From Ancylonema sp. (lineage: Eukaryota), in NCBI GenBank assembly GCA_050230475.1, contig JBFLGF010000160.1, positions 1 through 64,000 on the forward strand: a stretch of DNA of 64,000 bases, given 5' to 3'. Made by a program: the position numbers and the translations under genes. The notes below the pieces were generated by a model. That model made no database searches. It worked only from the letters and a program-made list of their open reading frames with translations, and was not told where the DNA came from. Position 1 is the stretch's first letter. Every line of letters starts with the position of its first letter. Shown in pieces: positions 1-12,129 of the stretch.

Positions 1-399
1 TGCACACCAATCACGCAACATCCCTAAAATGACACACCACTTTCAGAATTCGAAGACTTCGAAATTTTACCACCAAAATTGTTCAGTGAACCATCTAAAT
101 ATCCATCACAGTATGAACAATAATTGCAACAATTCCCACCAAATCATGTCGAACGACGAATTCGGAACCTACAAATTCTTCAAAAAAAAAAAAAAAACAG
201 GCGTCTTTATGACTCCTTTTGTTGTGTCGATTGACCTACATACTTACCAGATTCTCGATACTTCGATACCGGTTGCACCAGCCACATCGGGGACCACAAC
301 GGTACCATCGACACCTCTACCAGTACCAGGACGAGGCGCAAACCACCACGAGTCTTACTAATCTATCGACCTCGGATTAGAGGTGGGACAGATCACACT

Positions 400-1240
400 A
401 TGGCTAACCCAACGCCCCTACCAACATACCACGGTGACACACGTGTCAAACAAGATGAATTCATGGATAGTTTACGTCAGTACCATCGAGCCCAACAATG
501 CGCACAGCGTATGGGACATGTTGACTGGGATACTCTATTGGCAGCTGGGCAATTTCTCAGAGGAGAGGCACATCGAGAATGGAAACAGTTCATTCGCGAC
601 CACACAGGCCTACCCATCATAGAGACCAGCAAGGATTTCTGGCGAGAATACTTTGCTAACGTTGCATACTACAACATTCAAGGACGCATGGATGGACAAC
701 TCAGACCATCTAAACCGAGTTCAGCACTTGAACCTACAAAATTGGAACAACTCATCGCAGTTCTAAAGAACCGATTCCAAACCTCTGAAGCTGAATATGT
801 TTTACATTTCGAAAATTTCACTACACGAATTGGGGCAAGTACAGACGCTAAGTTCAATGAATCAGCAACTATTGTTTGGGAGCCATGACACAAGAACAAT
901 TGGCTAGACGATACCAAGTGCAAATACCACAGTCATTACAACCCTACATTGACGAATAGCACTTTTTAGAGTCTTAATGCCGATACTACGCTACACCACA
1001 ACTACCACCAATTACTAGGAAGAAAATAATGGAAAAGACAAACAAGGCTGAACTCCTAAAAATGAAAAAAGATGCAGATGACCGGGCAGACGAATTTATA
1101 AAGCATATATTCCTACTCGACCATCTACGTCATCCACTCCTACTACTCAACAACGACAGAACAACGGGTCTTCACCACGCACGGATACTCCGTTGGCATG
1201 CTTTTCTTGTAGAGGTTCTAATATGGCTCGTGACTGTCCA
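400..1240 (+). mobile_element. Degenerate Ty3/gypsy-type gag relic (capsid-like region plus decayed zinc knuckle)
   Basis: ORF 400-888 (NPTPLPTYHGDTRVKQDEF...LRGEAHREW) resembles retrotransposon gag. Downstream frames are broken but contain CFSCRGSNMARDCP at ~1199-1240. A homologous segment lies at ~40350-40440 on the minus strand. Confidence 0.6.
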
Positions 1241-1691
1241 CCAACCAAGAAACCAAACACCCAGAACCAGTCAGGGAGCTCCAAACCGAATCCATCACCA
1301 AACACATAGTTCAAGGGAGGGACCTACGGAGGCACCCAAGACAACCGACAACAGAACAGACCACCATTCACCCACATTTGGTTGTATTCCAAGGTTGTTT
1401 GTCACTCTTAGTCTGGGACTAACAACAAAAAAAATCTCTTTAAGGTCGGTGTTGCTTGTAAGTGTGGAAATTACATTGCTTGGAACAAACACTCTCCGGA
1501 GTTAACCTACTACATTCAAAATTATTGTTACTAAATAACAATTTAATATGATTGTACATTGTCAAAGTAGCATGTGTACGAGATTCCTAAACTAGGTGTT
1601 AGACGCAAACACGTTTAAAGTTAATGTGTGTGATCTTAAATATGGCATCGATGTGTATGGTGTTTCCTTATATTGTCGCCAGCCTGGCGAC

Positions 1692-2414
1692 TCCCAGAGC
1701 CGGAAAATATGCGCGCCGGCTCGGAACCGGGCTCGCAAAATCCGCGAGCGGAGCGGGGCCCACAGGAAAAAACAAAAAAAACAAATCCCCGTCGTAGCCC
1801 TGTCCCCCGCTAAGCGGTGGACTATTATACTTGCGTAGTACGGTTTCATTACACTTCGTATTCCGTCATTATCCCGTCCCCGTTCGCAATTCCCCTTCAT
1901 CGTTTGCAAGCTACAATTCTGTCGTTTAGCATGTCTCCCGTTAGCATGTCTCCCGTTCATCGTATTTTTCCGTACCATCGTTGTCCTCCCATTCCTTCGT
2001 AATGTGTAACTATCATAGACGCTACAGAATCTACCATTTTTTTGAAGAAATCCCGCATCTGACGGCTGAGCATTGTTCAGTGCCCCGTCCCTCCCCCCAG
2101 ATGTCGTCCGACCGTAATGTCAGAAGATCTTGAAGATTCGCTACAGAATCTTTCAGGTGCCAAAAAAAAAACCGGATCAAACGGACACAGTAATCTTCAG
2201 AGTATGGTTACTATGTTCCGGACGTACTGCCCGAAGTACCGGTAACTGGTAACTACTTGCTACCTGCTACCTGCTTTGCAGAGGAGGATTTTTACTTGGT
2301 CGCATTTCGATGTTTCGTTTTTGCCAAGCGGCTCGCGGACGCGCGCCGGCTCGGAGCCGGAGCGCGCGCGCGCCGGCTTCGAGCCGGGCTCGCCAATTCC
2401 GCGAGCGGAGCGCG
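1692..2414. repeat. Left arm of a long inverted repeat (inverted copy of 2967-3638)
   Basis: Reverse complement matches 2977-3629 along its length. ORF translations 1592..1978(-) and 3391..3645(+) are near-identical. Confidence 0.9.
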
Positions 2415-2966
2415 TAAATGGCGACGCCAGGTACGTGTATGTGTAGGCGAGAGTGCAATATGCTTTGAAGTGTCTACGAAGGAATAATAAAACATGTAAG
2501 ACTTCTTGTCGAACATGTGTAATTGATGTCCGGATATTATTGTTATTATTGTTTTCAACGCGTCAATGGGTTTTTTCCAATGGTTGTTTCTAACGTGGTG
2601 TAAATGTGTCGAAATTATGATCCATCGTAAATCTAACCATTAATGCAAGCAAAAATAGAAATGTCACATAATGCAATGCATTTTGTGACGTCATTATTGT
2701 GAAGCGAGCCACAATCCGTGCAAGCCAATCCGTTCACTTTGTCCACGCAATTTGCAACCATCATTGCGCATCTTTCCTAGTGAAGCTACTTGTAAACAAG
2801 ATTGACAAACATATCGATAATGAGCGTGCATTCCGAGTCCCAAGGAGTGTGACGCTACTCTTCAATCATGGCTTTCAAGAGCCAAAAGCATGTAATACCT
2901 CAACTCTTCAATGTGTTACGATAAGGTGAGTGTCCATTGTACGTAGGGATGTGGGAGGAGGGAGAG

Positions 2967-3638
2967 CATAGTGGGTCGCGCTCCGCTCGCGAAATTTGCG
3001 AGCCCGGCTCCGAGCCGGCGCGCGCCCGCGAGCCGCTTGGCAAAACCGAAACATCAAAATGCGACGAAGTAAAAATCCTCCTCCGAGAAGCAGATAGTTA
3101 CCAGCTACCGGTACTTCGGGCAGTACGTCCGGAACATAGTAACCATATTCTGAAGGTTACTGTGTCCGTTTGATCCGGTTTTTTTTTTGGCACCTGAAAG
3201 ATTCTGTAGGGAATCTTCAAGATCTTCTGACATTACGGGAATCGGACGACATCTGGGGGGAGGGACGGGGCAGTGAACTATGCTCAGCCGTCAGATGCGG
3301 GATTTCTTGAAAAAACTGGTAGATTCTGTATCGCAAACGACAAACTGAATCTATGATAGACACACATTACGAAGGAATGGGAGGACAACGATGGTACGGA
3401 AAAATACGATGAACGGGAGACATGTTAAACGACATAATTGTAGCTTGCAAACGACAAAGGGGAATTGCGAACGGGGACGGGATAATGACGGAATACGAAG
3501 TGTAATGAAACAGTACTACGCAAGGATGATAGTCCACCGCTTAGCGGGGGACGGGGCTACCATTTATTTTTATTTGCGGATTTTGCGAGCCCGGCTCCGA
3601 GCTGGCGCGCATATTTTCCGGCTCGGGGACCCACTATG
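2967..3638. mobile_element. Non-autonomous DNA transposon-like element with CATAGTGGGTC...GACCCACTATG termini; right arm of the inverted repeat
   Basis: 11-12 bp terminal inverted repeats and GC-rich subterminal repeats (gagcccggctccgagc). No TSD seen. Confidence 0.7.
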
Positions 3639-4079
3639 CACATGACCTCTTAAAGGACATTTCCAGCGAGAGTATACAAAAAGACACCACAACAAGTGAG
3701 ATAAGTGCTACACTGAGGTGCGAAGTATCCTACATCTACCCCATACAATCCTCCGATCAACTTCACAAATTCATACCAAAAAAAAAAAAAAATGCATTGC
3801 AATAGAAACGTTTCTATATATTTTCAAATACATGTGGTTTTTAATTGAAAAAGTGTGTGCGAAGCGATAACACGTAAGTCGGCCTAAGAGACCGTTGAAC
3901 AGTTATTGTGGACCCTAAATGAAAAACACAGACAAGATCTACAAACTTAGGCAAACACGTGCGTGGCTGTACAAAGTTGGCGCGTCACGAGAAGTCAAAC
4001 AGACAACCACTCGGAGGCGGTCTCATGTGTCACTCAATTCCCAACTCTCCGCCCAAGAGATGTGCCTAAATCCACAATC

Positions 4080-6932
4080 CTACGCAACGACTTTGGGAAT
4101 AGCTAGACAGTCCGAAAGCGGAAACTGCGATTCTAACTTCACCCGATCGCTGTTGCCATCCCGGATTTGAAGCTTCACAATCGGACTCGGTTGACCCCAA
4201 TCAATCTGAACCCGAAGAAGAGGAAGAAAGGAAAAAAAAAGAAAAAAGACAGATAAAGTAAAGAGGATGCGCCATCTGCATATGAGTCGGGTTGGACCAC
4301 AAATCCATATATTTGCATTTCCGTTTGAGGGCAATGTGAGGAACAACATCCGATCTTAGAAAAAGCTCCGAACAAAATTTGATCCGTTTTTTTCTTTAAA
4401 CGTGGAGTGAAAAAGGAAAGTCGTTACCTCGATCATGCCAAATGACGGGCCTAAGGCGAAGTCACACTGTAAATTTTCACGAGTTCCCACTGGATCACCC
4501 GTCCAGCCTTCCCCTGCTCGACCAACCACCACGTGCCACATGTCAACCTATCTTGCTGCCACGAGTTTTGTAGTTCTCAAACAATATTGCCAACATGGTT
4601 TTTTTGCCATAAAATACTCGTCATGATTTTCGAATCCTGACGGGGACCTTATAGACTTGAGTTTTTTTATTTTATTGGTACACATCGATTTGTACACATG
4701 TACCTATTGTACGGAATTCAAAACCCCCAAAACTAAGGCTCTGCAATCTCCAACTTCCACCCCCCAACTCAATCCCCTAAGACCTTGAACCCACGTAATC
4801 AAAGACCCGATTTCGGTCCAGTCCGGAGAAGGTAACCATGAGAGCCCCAAGTTTGGATGGCCGCCATCAAGGAACAAGCCACACAACAAACCACTTCTTC
4901 TCACAGAAAATATAATATCTCATGTCCGCCCCCCCTCCCCTTCCTCTCCCCCCCCCCCCCGCCCCCAGCTCCCCTACCTCCTGTACACGACTTGTCTTGC
5001 CCAGGTACAGCTGTCAGTCCGCTGGCCATAACCTGGGAGGAGACAGACAGGGAGAGGGACGCGTCAGACGTCAGAAGAAGTCAAAATTTCGGGGCCAAAG
5101 CCAGGTGCAGGAGAGCAAAGCCTCTGTTTTTTTTTCACCTGGTAGATAGGTTTCCCCAGGGTCTTGCTCTGGTAGTATTCCGCATATTGCTGCTGCCCAG
5201 GCCTCACCACCTGACACCAACAGAACCCAAAACATTCGTACATCCAGAACGAAAAAAAGAAAAAAAAAGATGGAACCAAACCCCTTCGATCCCCACCTCC
5301 CACCCCCAACCTCCAAACCCACAGCACCTTCCCCCCCCCCTGTAGTGAAACCCTCATACAGAAACTAGTTCCGAGTTATCTTTTCGATTTGACACTCAGA
5401 CTTTCACAAAAGGAACATTCTCCCGATTAAAATATATAAAAAAATCCCGGATAAATCTGATTTCTTTTATCGGGGTGTTCCTGCACCTTGATATCCGAGT
5501 ACCCCCGGTCCCCAGTTATGATAACCGTACACCCAGGTGCCCTGGCCGCCATATGCATGAGCTGCATCTGTGCCGGCTTAAAGCACTCCCAGTCATCCCC
5601 AGAGCAAACACAGTTGCCCCCACGGGTGATATTGGGAATGGGGCCCCAGCATGACTGAGGGGGAGGGGGGGGGGAGGCGGCAGTTGGGGTTAAGGGGGGG
5701 GGGATGGGGGAATGTGCGCGAAGAAGATGGGGGGGGGTGTTGTGGGGCTTACTGTCGGCTTTGGATTTGCCAGTAGGGGAGAGGAGGAGACTATGATTTT
5801 GAGGGGGGAGAGGGAGGAGTGTAACACCCCCTCCACCCACTGTCTCTGCTCCGGACCCAGAACCTGAACCCCAACCCAAAATCCCCCAACCCCCGACCCA
5901 AACGTTGACCTTGCTCATCCCCTCTCCTTCTCCCCCCCCTCCCCCCCCCCCCCCCCCCCCCCCCACCTCGCAGAAGGGTGATTCTGTGTCCCCCCCCTCT
6001 CTGTGCTCCCTCTCCCCAATCTGCCCCCTCCTGTTCAGGAACAGGGGCTTGACCCCAAAGTAGGGGGAGGAGGGGTCGCAGGCAGAGGGCCACAGGGCAT
6101 GAATGGAATACTTTTTGTTCTTGCACCAACCTGGAGGAAGGAAGCAGGTCCGGATTCAGGGTCAGGGTCAGGTTCGGATTCAGGTTCTGGTTTAAGGTGA
6201 GTGCGGTAATCTTACCATAGAACAACCGTATATCTTTTTCGCAGCACGACCCTTTTGACCCCCCCTTCCCGACCCCCTTCAGAAAGTCAAAGCACCTAAA
6301 CACAGTATAAAAACACCCCCCCGCATCCCCCCCCCCAATAAGTCCCAATGGATAAACCAGCCCCCTCCCCCCCTGCCCAACCCCCCCCCCAACCATGCAT
6401 GTTTTGGATGGGATTTGTTGTGCATCACCCCCCTTTCGCAAAACTCTCTTCTCATTTGGCACGGGAGAGGGTCACGGTAATATCTCTCGTCCAATAGGAG
6501 GACGTCAATCTCCTGCCCCTTATGGCCTGCATTCAGGGTGATCTGCCCCCCCCCAATACCCAGAACCCTATACTGGGTTTATCATCACGGAGAGGGGGAG
6601 GGGGAGGGGGTCTATTTCACCTTTTCTTCTATCCCCCTTCCTGGATTCCTTCTCCTGCTGTTCTGTCCTTCCCCTACCCCGTCCAGGTAAATGTTTTTGA
6701 GAGCATCTTTGGCGGGCAGCCTGCTGTCACCGTGCTGCCTGAGGAAAAAACACGGGCCCCAGGGGGGGGGGGGGGCGACCGGGCAGAAGGAGGGAGGGGG
6801 AAGGGGGGAGAGGGGGGAAATGGGGCTTTGAGTTTTTTTTAATTCTTCTTATTATTGATGTCAATAATAATAGTATTACTATTAGTGTTGGTGTTGATGT
6901 TGATGGTGTTGTTGTTATTGCAGTAATTATTT

Positions 6933-6968
<36 letters not shown>

Positions 6969-7206
6969 TTATTAACAAAATTATCACTTTTAGATATATA
7001 AATTTTTATTTATTAACATTATTACAATTCTTATGACTATTTTATTACAATTCTTGTCATTGCAATACTCCTACCACTATCATTATTAGTATTATTATAA
7101 TTGCTATTTTTACTATACCTATTCTTCTCATAACCATCACTACTACTACTACTTTCATAATTATTACTACTACCACTACTACTACTACTACTACTATTAT
7201 AATTAT

Positions 7207-7238
<32 letters not shown>

Positions 7239-10200
7239 TTATAATTATTACTACTACTTCTATTATAATAATTATTACCACTCCTGCTTTTCTTACTTTT
7301 TTCATCATAGTCATCCTCCTCATCCCATTCCCCTCCCCCTCCCCCTCACCATCCATAGTCATGGTCGTCATACGTCCCCATGATCTTCCTGGGGCACACC
7401 TTCGGGTCCATCCCTGAGGGGGGGAAGATGCCTTTCTCACCATGACCCGGACACATGAACTCGAGAAACTGAATCACCAACCAACCAACCAACCAACCAA
7501 CCAACCAACCAGTTAATGGAACAATCGACCAACCTACCCACAAAACCGACCAACCGACCAACCTACCAGTGCCACGAATACCAGCAGCGCCCTGACAGCT
7601 GTCAAGATCCCCCCCCCCTCCCCCTGTTCCCACCTTGGTGTAGTCTGGATTCGACAGCTGGCTCTGCATCCTGGCCTTCGCATGCGTCAGGTTTCCTGAA
7701 CCCCCTCCAATACACTCAGATTTGCACGTTATGCACAAAACGAGTTCACTGCGTCTCAACGAGAATGGGATCAGGATTACGTATTCAAATTTGTAGGAAT
7801 GACTTGGAAGGTTCCGATTTCTCCAAATGCTGCTGCTTTCTCTCCCAACTACTTCCACACCCCCCCCCCCCCCCAATATTGAGGGACACTGATGACTCCA
7901 AATCAGCGATAATGGAAGGAGTTCTAAATTCAGGGTTTCAGTTTTGAGGTCCACTCCTCCAGTGGACCTCAAAACTCCAGTGGCAGAGGATCCCCTCCCC
8001 CCTCTCCCCTCAAAACATCCCCCCTGACCCCTATACTTTTTACTCAGTCAGGGTTGGCCTGCAGGCTGGATGGGTACCCACCCGCCATGCAGTTGGAGGG
8101 CGGTTGGCACATCCAGGTGGCGGTGCAGTTGCACTGGGGGTGGGCTGGGTTAGCAGGGCAGTCCACGGAGGGGGAGTCTAGGTGCGCCATGTCGCCCGAC
8201 CTGAACCCCAACCCCGACGGTATAAATCCCACCCCACGATTGGTATGGGGAGGTAAGGGGGGGGGGGGAACTTGGCAGAAGTGTCTGAGAAAGCCTTTGG
8301 GAAAAAAGCGGTCGGTTTGCTGCTGCTGCAGACTACATTTGAAAGGGGATTCAAACACAGAAATGAATAACATGGACAGGCAGACACCTCGTACAAATAA
8401 TTACATGTACACATACAAATATAGTGATACATATGCATATACATATACATATACGTGTGCATGCACATACATATATACATATACATATCATATACATATA
8501 CATAAACACATACATAAACATACAAAAGTATATATATTTATATGTATATGTTTATCCAATACATATACATTTATATGCACATACAAATATGTATACATTT
8601 GGTATTCACATACATATACGTAGACATATACTTATACATGTACACACACATATACATTTATACATATGTATATCCAGTACATAAAGATATACATATACAT
8701 ACACATGCATGTATACATACATACACATATCATACGCACATATATATACATGTACATTTGATTACACATATACAGGGGTATATATATATACAACATAATT
8801 ACATACATATGCACATACATATACATGTAAAAATACATATGCATGTCCACATACACATACAAATACACATGAACATACACATACACCCATACATATCTGC
8901 GTACAGTCCCAACACAGACATCCTTCAGACACTCTCGCGCACCACATCACCCCCCCTCCCATACCCGATACCCGATACCCGTCCCCACTCCAGTGCCCCT
9001 CACCAAATCCACACATCTGGTTCACTGGGAATCACCCCCCTCGTCCACACAGGCTGTGGGCCGGTGTGGACAGCTGTCCCAGACCCGAACCCGATCCTCT
9101 CCACCAGTCGTTCGTGCGTCACCAACGACTTGATTTTGGCCCAGGATCCTCCCTTCGAGGCCGCCCCCCCCCCAGTCCCCGCCCCCGTACTGCCCATCCT
9201 CTCTGCCATGAGGTTGGGCATGAGGAACACGGCGTAGAGGGTGGAGGCGAAAGACATGGCGACGATGAGACCCATACCGACTTGAGTGGCTTTCCAGAAT
9301 ACCTGGAGGAGGGGATAGAGGCGAACCCCGTTATAGTCACATGCAGACAGGGTGACACTGCCGTTTTGGTGACCTCTTCTTGCGAGGTTACTAGATTGTT
9401 TCGTAGGTTGCGGTGTGAACACCGTTTCAGTGACATGGAATCGCGCATGTTCTCATGCCCCTAGAACGGGGTTGCTATGTCTGGGGAGGTGGGGTGCTCG
9501 TGATGGTGAGTACGCTCAGATTTAGCTGCTGCGAGCAGGTTGTCAGAAGCGCAGTGAAATAACTTCAAGTGGCAAAGCGCCGGTTTTTAGGAAGACAGAG
9601 CGCCGCTTTTACACCAAATTTTGTTTCTTAGAAGAACCGTGCAAAGTTGATTGAGACCCTTGACAGTTATCATATCCTGCCATCTTTCGACGAGCTGGAC
9701 ACCGATGGTTTTCCTCGTCACATGTGAACGGAGTACCCCAAACTGTGTATGCACGTGTGTGTGCGCGTGTGTACTCATGTGTGTGTGCACGGGTGTATGC
9801 ACGTGTGTGCACGTGTGTATACACTTGTGTATACACTTGTGTGAAAATGTGAGATACTGAGTTCCTGACTGCGTAAATGGTATGTGGGGTAGCCTGTGTA
9901 AAGCCACACTGAATATGACGCTAATAACACCAGTCCGCGTCGCATTGGCCAAAGGGCGCAATGGCCACGTAGTTGCACATGCCTGCATTCCTTTATAAGC
10001 GACACCATTGACACGTTCTGGAAATGTGTGAGGCACTGCGAGTGACGATATAAAGGGTCCTATTTTCGACATAATTGGTGTAAATTTGAAGCACTCGGTA
10101 CCAGCTCCAGCATGCAGCCCCAGCGAAGAATCTCACCTTCCTCCGCTTCTTCCGCCGCGGTGTGCTCGCCACGTCACCATGAACATACTGTCTGCCAAGG

Positions 10201-10280
10201 GACAATGCACTGTCACGCGAACTGTATCGGGGGCTAGGGCGGGCGGCATATTTCTTCCGTCCTCCACCAATTCCGAACAT
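4080..10280 (-). CDS. PhoD-like (alkaline phosphatase D family) metallophosphoesterase with an N-terminal transmembrane anchor; about 15 exons
   Basis: Spliced by hand with GT-AG introns: MFGIGG...KKRRK|VFWKATQVGMGLIVAMSFASTLYAVFLM (TM)...RIGFGSGT...PDVWIW|SGDMAHLD...GTYDDHDYGW|QHGDSRLP...IDVLLLDERYYRDP...VLGPEQRQW...GDDWECF...IITGDRGYSDIK...VMASGLT...PSFGMIE|IDWGQPSPIVKLQIRD...stop at 4080. Motif order matches plant/algal PhoD-like proteins. Confidence 0.88.
7070..7290. repeat. (TAC/TAT)n trinucleotide microsatellite in a PhoD intron
   Basis: Runs of tactactac/tattattat. Confidence 0.9.
8400..8890. repeat. (CATA/CATATA)n low-complexity repeat in a PhoD intron
   Basis: Degenerate acatat/acatac array that generates spurious His/Ile/Tyr-rich ORFs. 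Confidence 0.9.
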
Positions 10281-11394
10281 TTTTTAGACTATACAGTTGG
10301 CGCACCCCTTCCTCGTCAGATTACAAACTACACGAGACTACGGCGTTGTGGTTGAAGGTAATCTCGCACAGTTCGTTTTTTGGCTACCACCACGGACGTC
10401 GCAGTGGCCGTAGTGCACCAATCATTGTATTTCATGTGTGGCCTTGACGCTGCCAGAAGTCATTCTGGTCAGCGACTCCGCAATTAATGCTCGCGGTAGG
10501 GAGGTGCTCCGTTCTCTGTTTCCCTACCGCCTGCCGTTTCTCTCCCAAATTTTGTAGCTGGTTCCGTTGATGTATAAAGTGATATTCTAGGTTATATATT
10601 AGGGGGTTAGCTTTTAATAAGGTGGAACCCGCATATGGCGGAGAAATTTGATACCACTGTGCTAATTAACTCGCCCGCCGTAATCCAATAGAAAATCTTC
10701 CGCCCGACTTCGGAATTTCACCCCAAACATGTCTAAATAAATATTTTTCTTCCGGTCCAATCCCCGTACTGGGCACCGTAAATGATTTCTGTTTTTTCAA
10801 AACGAATGCGGCGCAACTGAATGGGCGATCGGGGCGGACTGTTAGTTTGTTAGTTACTTGGTTTCGGCAGAGAGTTTCTGTTGCTTTACAACGGTCTCTA
10901 GCACATGCAATCCATGCTAGGACGTTGCGATTGGAAGAGGGTATGGCTCTGTGACCTCCCCCCCCTCCGCGGGTGTTATTGTCATCAGCAGAGTTAAGGA
11001 TTGTTGCTCGGTTGTTTTAGGGTTGGGGTTGTTTTCCTTCTTCTGTTCCGTTAGGTTGGTACGATAACGTTGGTGTTGTACTCAGATGGGGTTCCCATCG
11101 TGCTTGAATAAAATGCGTCTTCCTTTTTTTTTTCCTTTAATTAATTTGTTAATGATTTGTAAGAAAGATTCTGAGAATCCGGTAGTTATCAGGGCTTACC
11201 TAGGTCGACGTCCCAATTCCTTAACTCGACGTCGAATTCTCAGCGAGTTCCTCGTGTTCACCCGCAAGTATGGACGGGGGCCGTAGATACGGCTCGAAGC
11301 AAACTAGATTTTTGAGAGCCGTCGATTCCACTTTGTCGTTTTCGTCCGAATCTTGCCCAAATTCCAAACGTCCCGTCTAGGCAGCGTGGCCGTC

Positions 11395-11838
11395 GCAGAC
11401 ACCAGTACCAGTGTCAAAAAACCCAGAACAGCATTTACCGTCTACGACGTGGCATCTTCCGACGCCAGTACGGGTGTTCAATTTCCTGTCCCAATTTCGC
11501 GGGCCATGTCCCGCAGATCGCGGTACCCCATCCACTAAGTTACTGACTGGTTACGACCGAAGCTGTAATGCGGCAGAAGTCAGCCCGGACTCAGCCGCAT
11601 GCTGGCAAGAAGGTTACTGGGTCTTGGATATCCGGCCGATCTCAGATTGGTTACAAGTTCTACTCCACGACCACATGGTAACCCCGGCTGTAACTAGTCT
11701 GTAACTTAGCGACCTACGCGATCGACGGGACACGGGCCGGGAAATTGGGCCAGGATAATTAACAGCGGTACTGGCGTCGGAAGGGGCCACGTCGCACTCA
11801 CAGACGGTAAATTTTTTGACACCGGTACTGGTGTCTGC
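11395..11838. mobile_element. Foldback/MITE-like element with ~140 bp imperfect inverted arms, between the divergent PhoD and TFIIIA genes
   Basis: gcagacaccagtaccagtgtcaaaaaa... (11395-~11540) is the reverse complement of ...ttttttgacaccggtactggtgtctgc (~11700-11838). Confidence 0.7.
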
Positions 11839-12129
11839 CATATTTTTCTTCCGGTCCAATATTACGAATTTAGACAGGTTTTGCTTAGTTATGTTATGTT
11901 GCCTATATGAAGAGCTCGTACTACGGGATGCCCGTAATCGCGGACGAGGAACAGTGCAGCGCTGTGGAGCTGCAGAACCTCCCCGAACCCTACACAGATC
12001 GGAGCTGCACCCTGACTTACTTTTCCCTCGCCTTTTTGTTAACCCCATTTCAAATTCTGGACTGGCGAAACCCCCTGGGCACATGAACCCCCCTGGGTCT
12101 CCTTCTGTTTCTCATCCCGCTTCCTGGAC

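Noticed and set aside
4704..4904. Extra PhoD exon (GGHPNLG...)
   Set aside because: The model joins DKSCTG to GWTGDPV without it, and the equivalent PSFGMIE motif is supplied by the ~4430-4510 exon.
8178..9237. Long His/Ile/Tyr/Met-rich ORFs
   Set aside because: Translations of an intronic (CATATA)n repeat.
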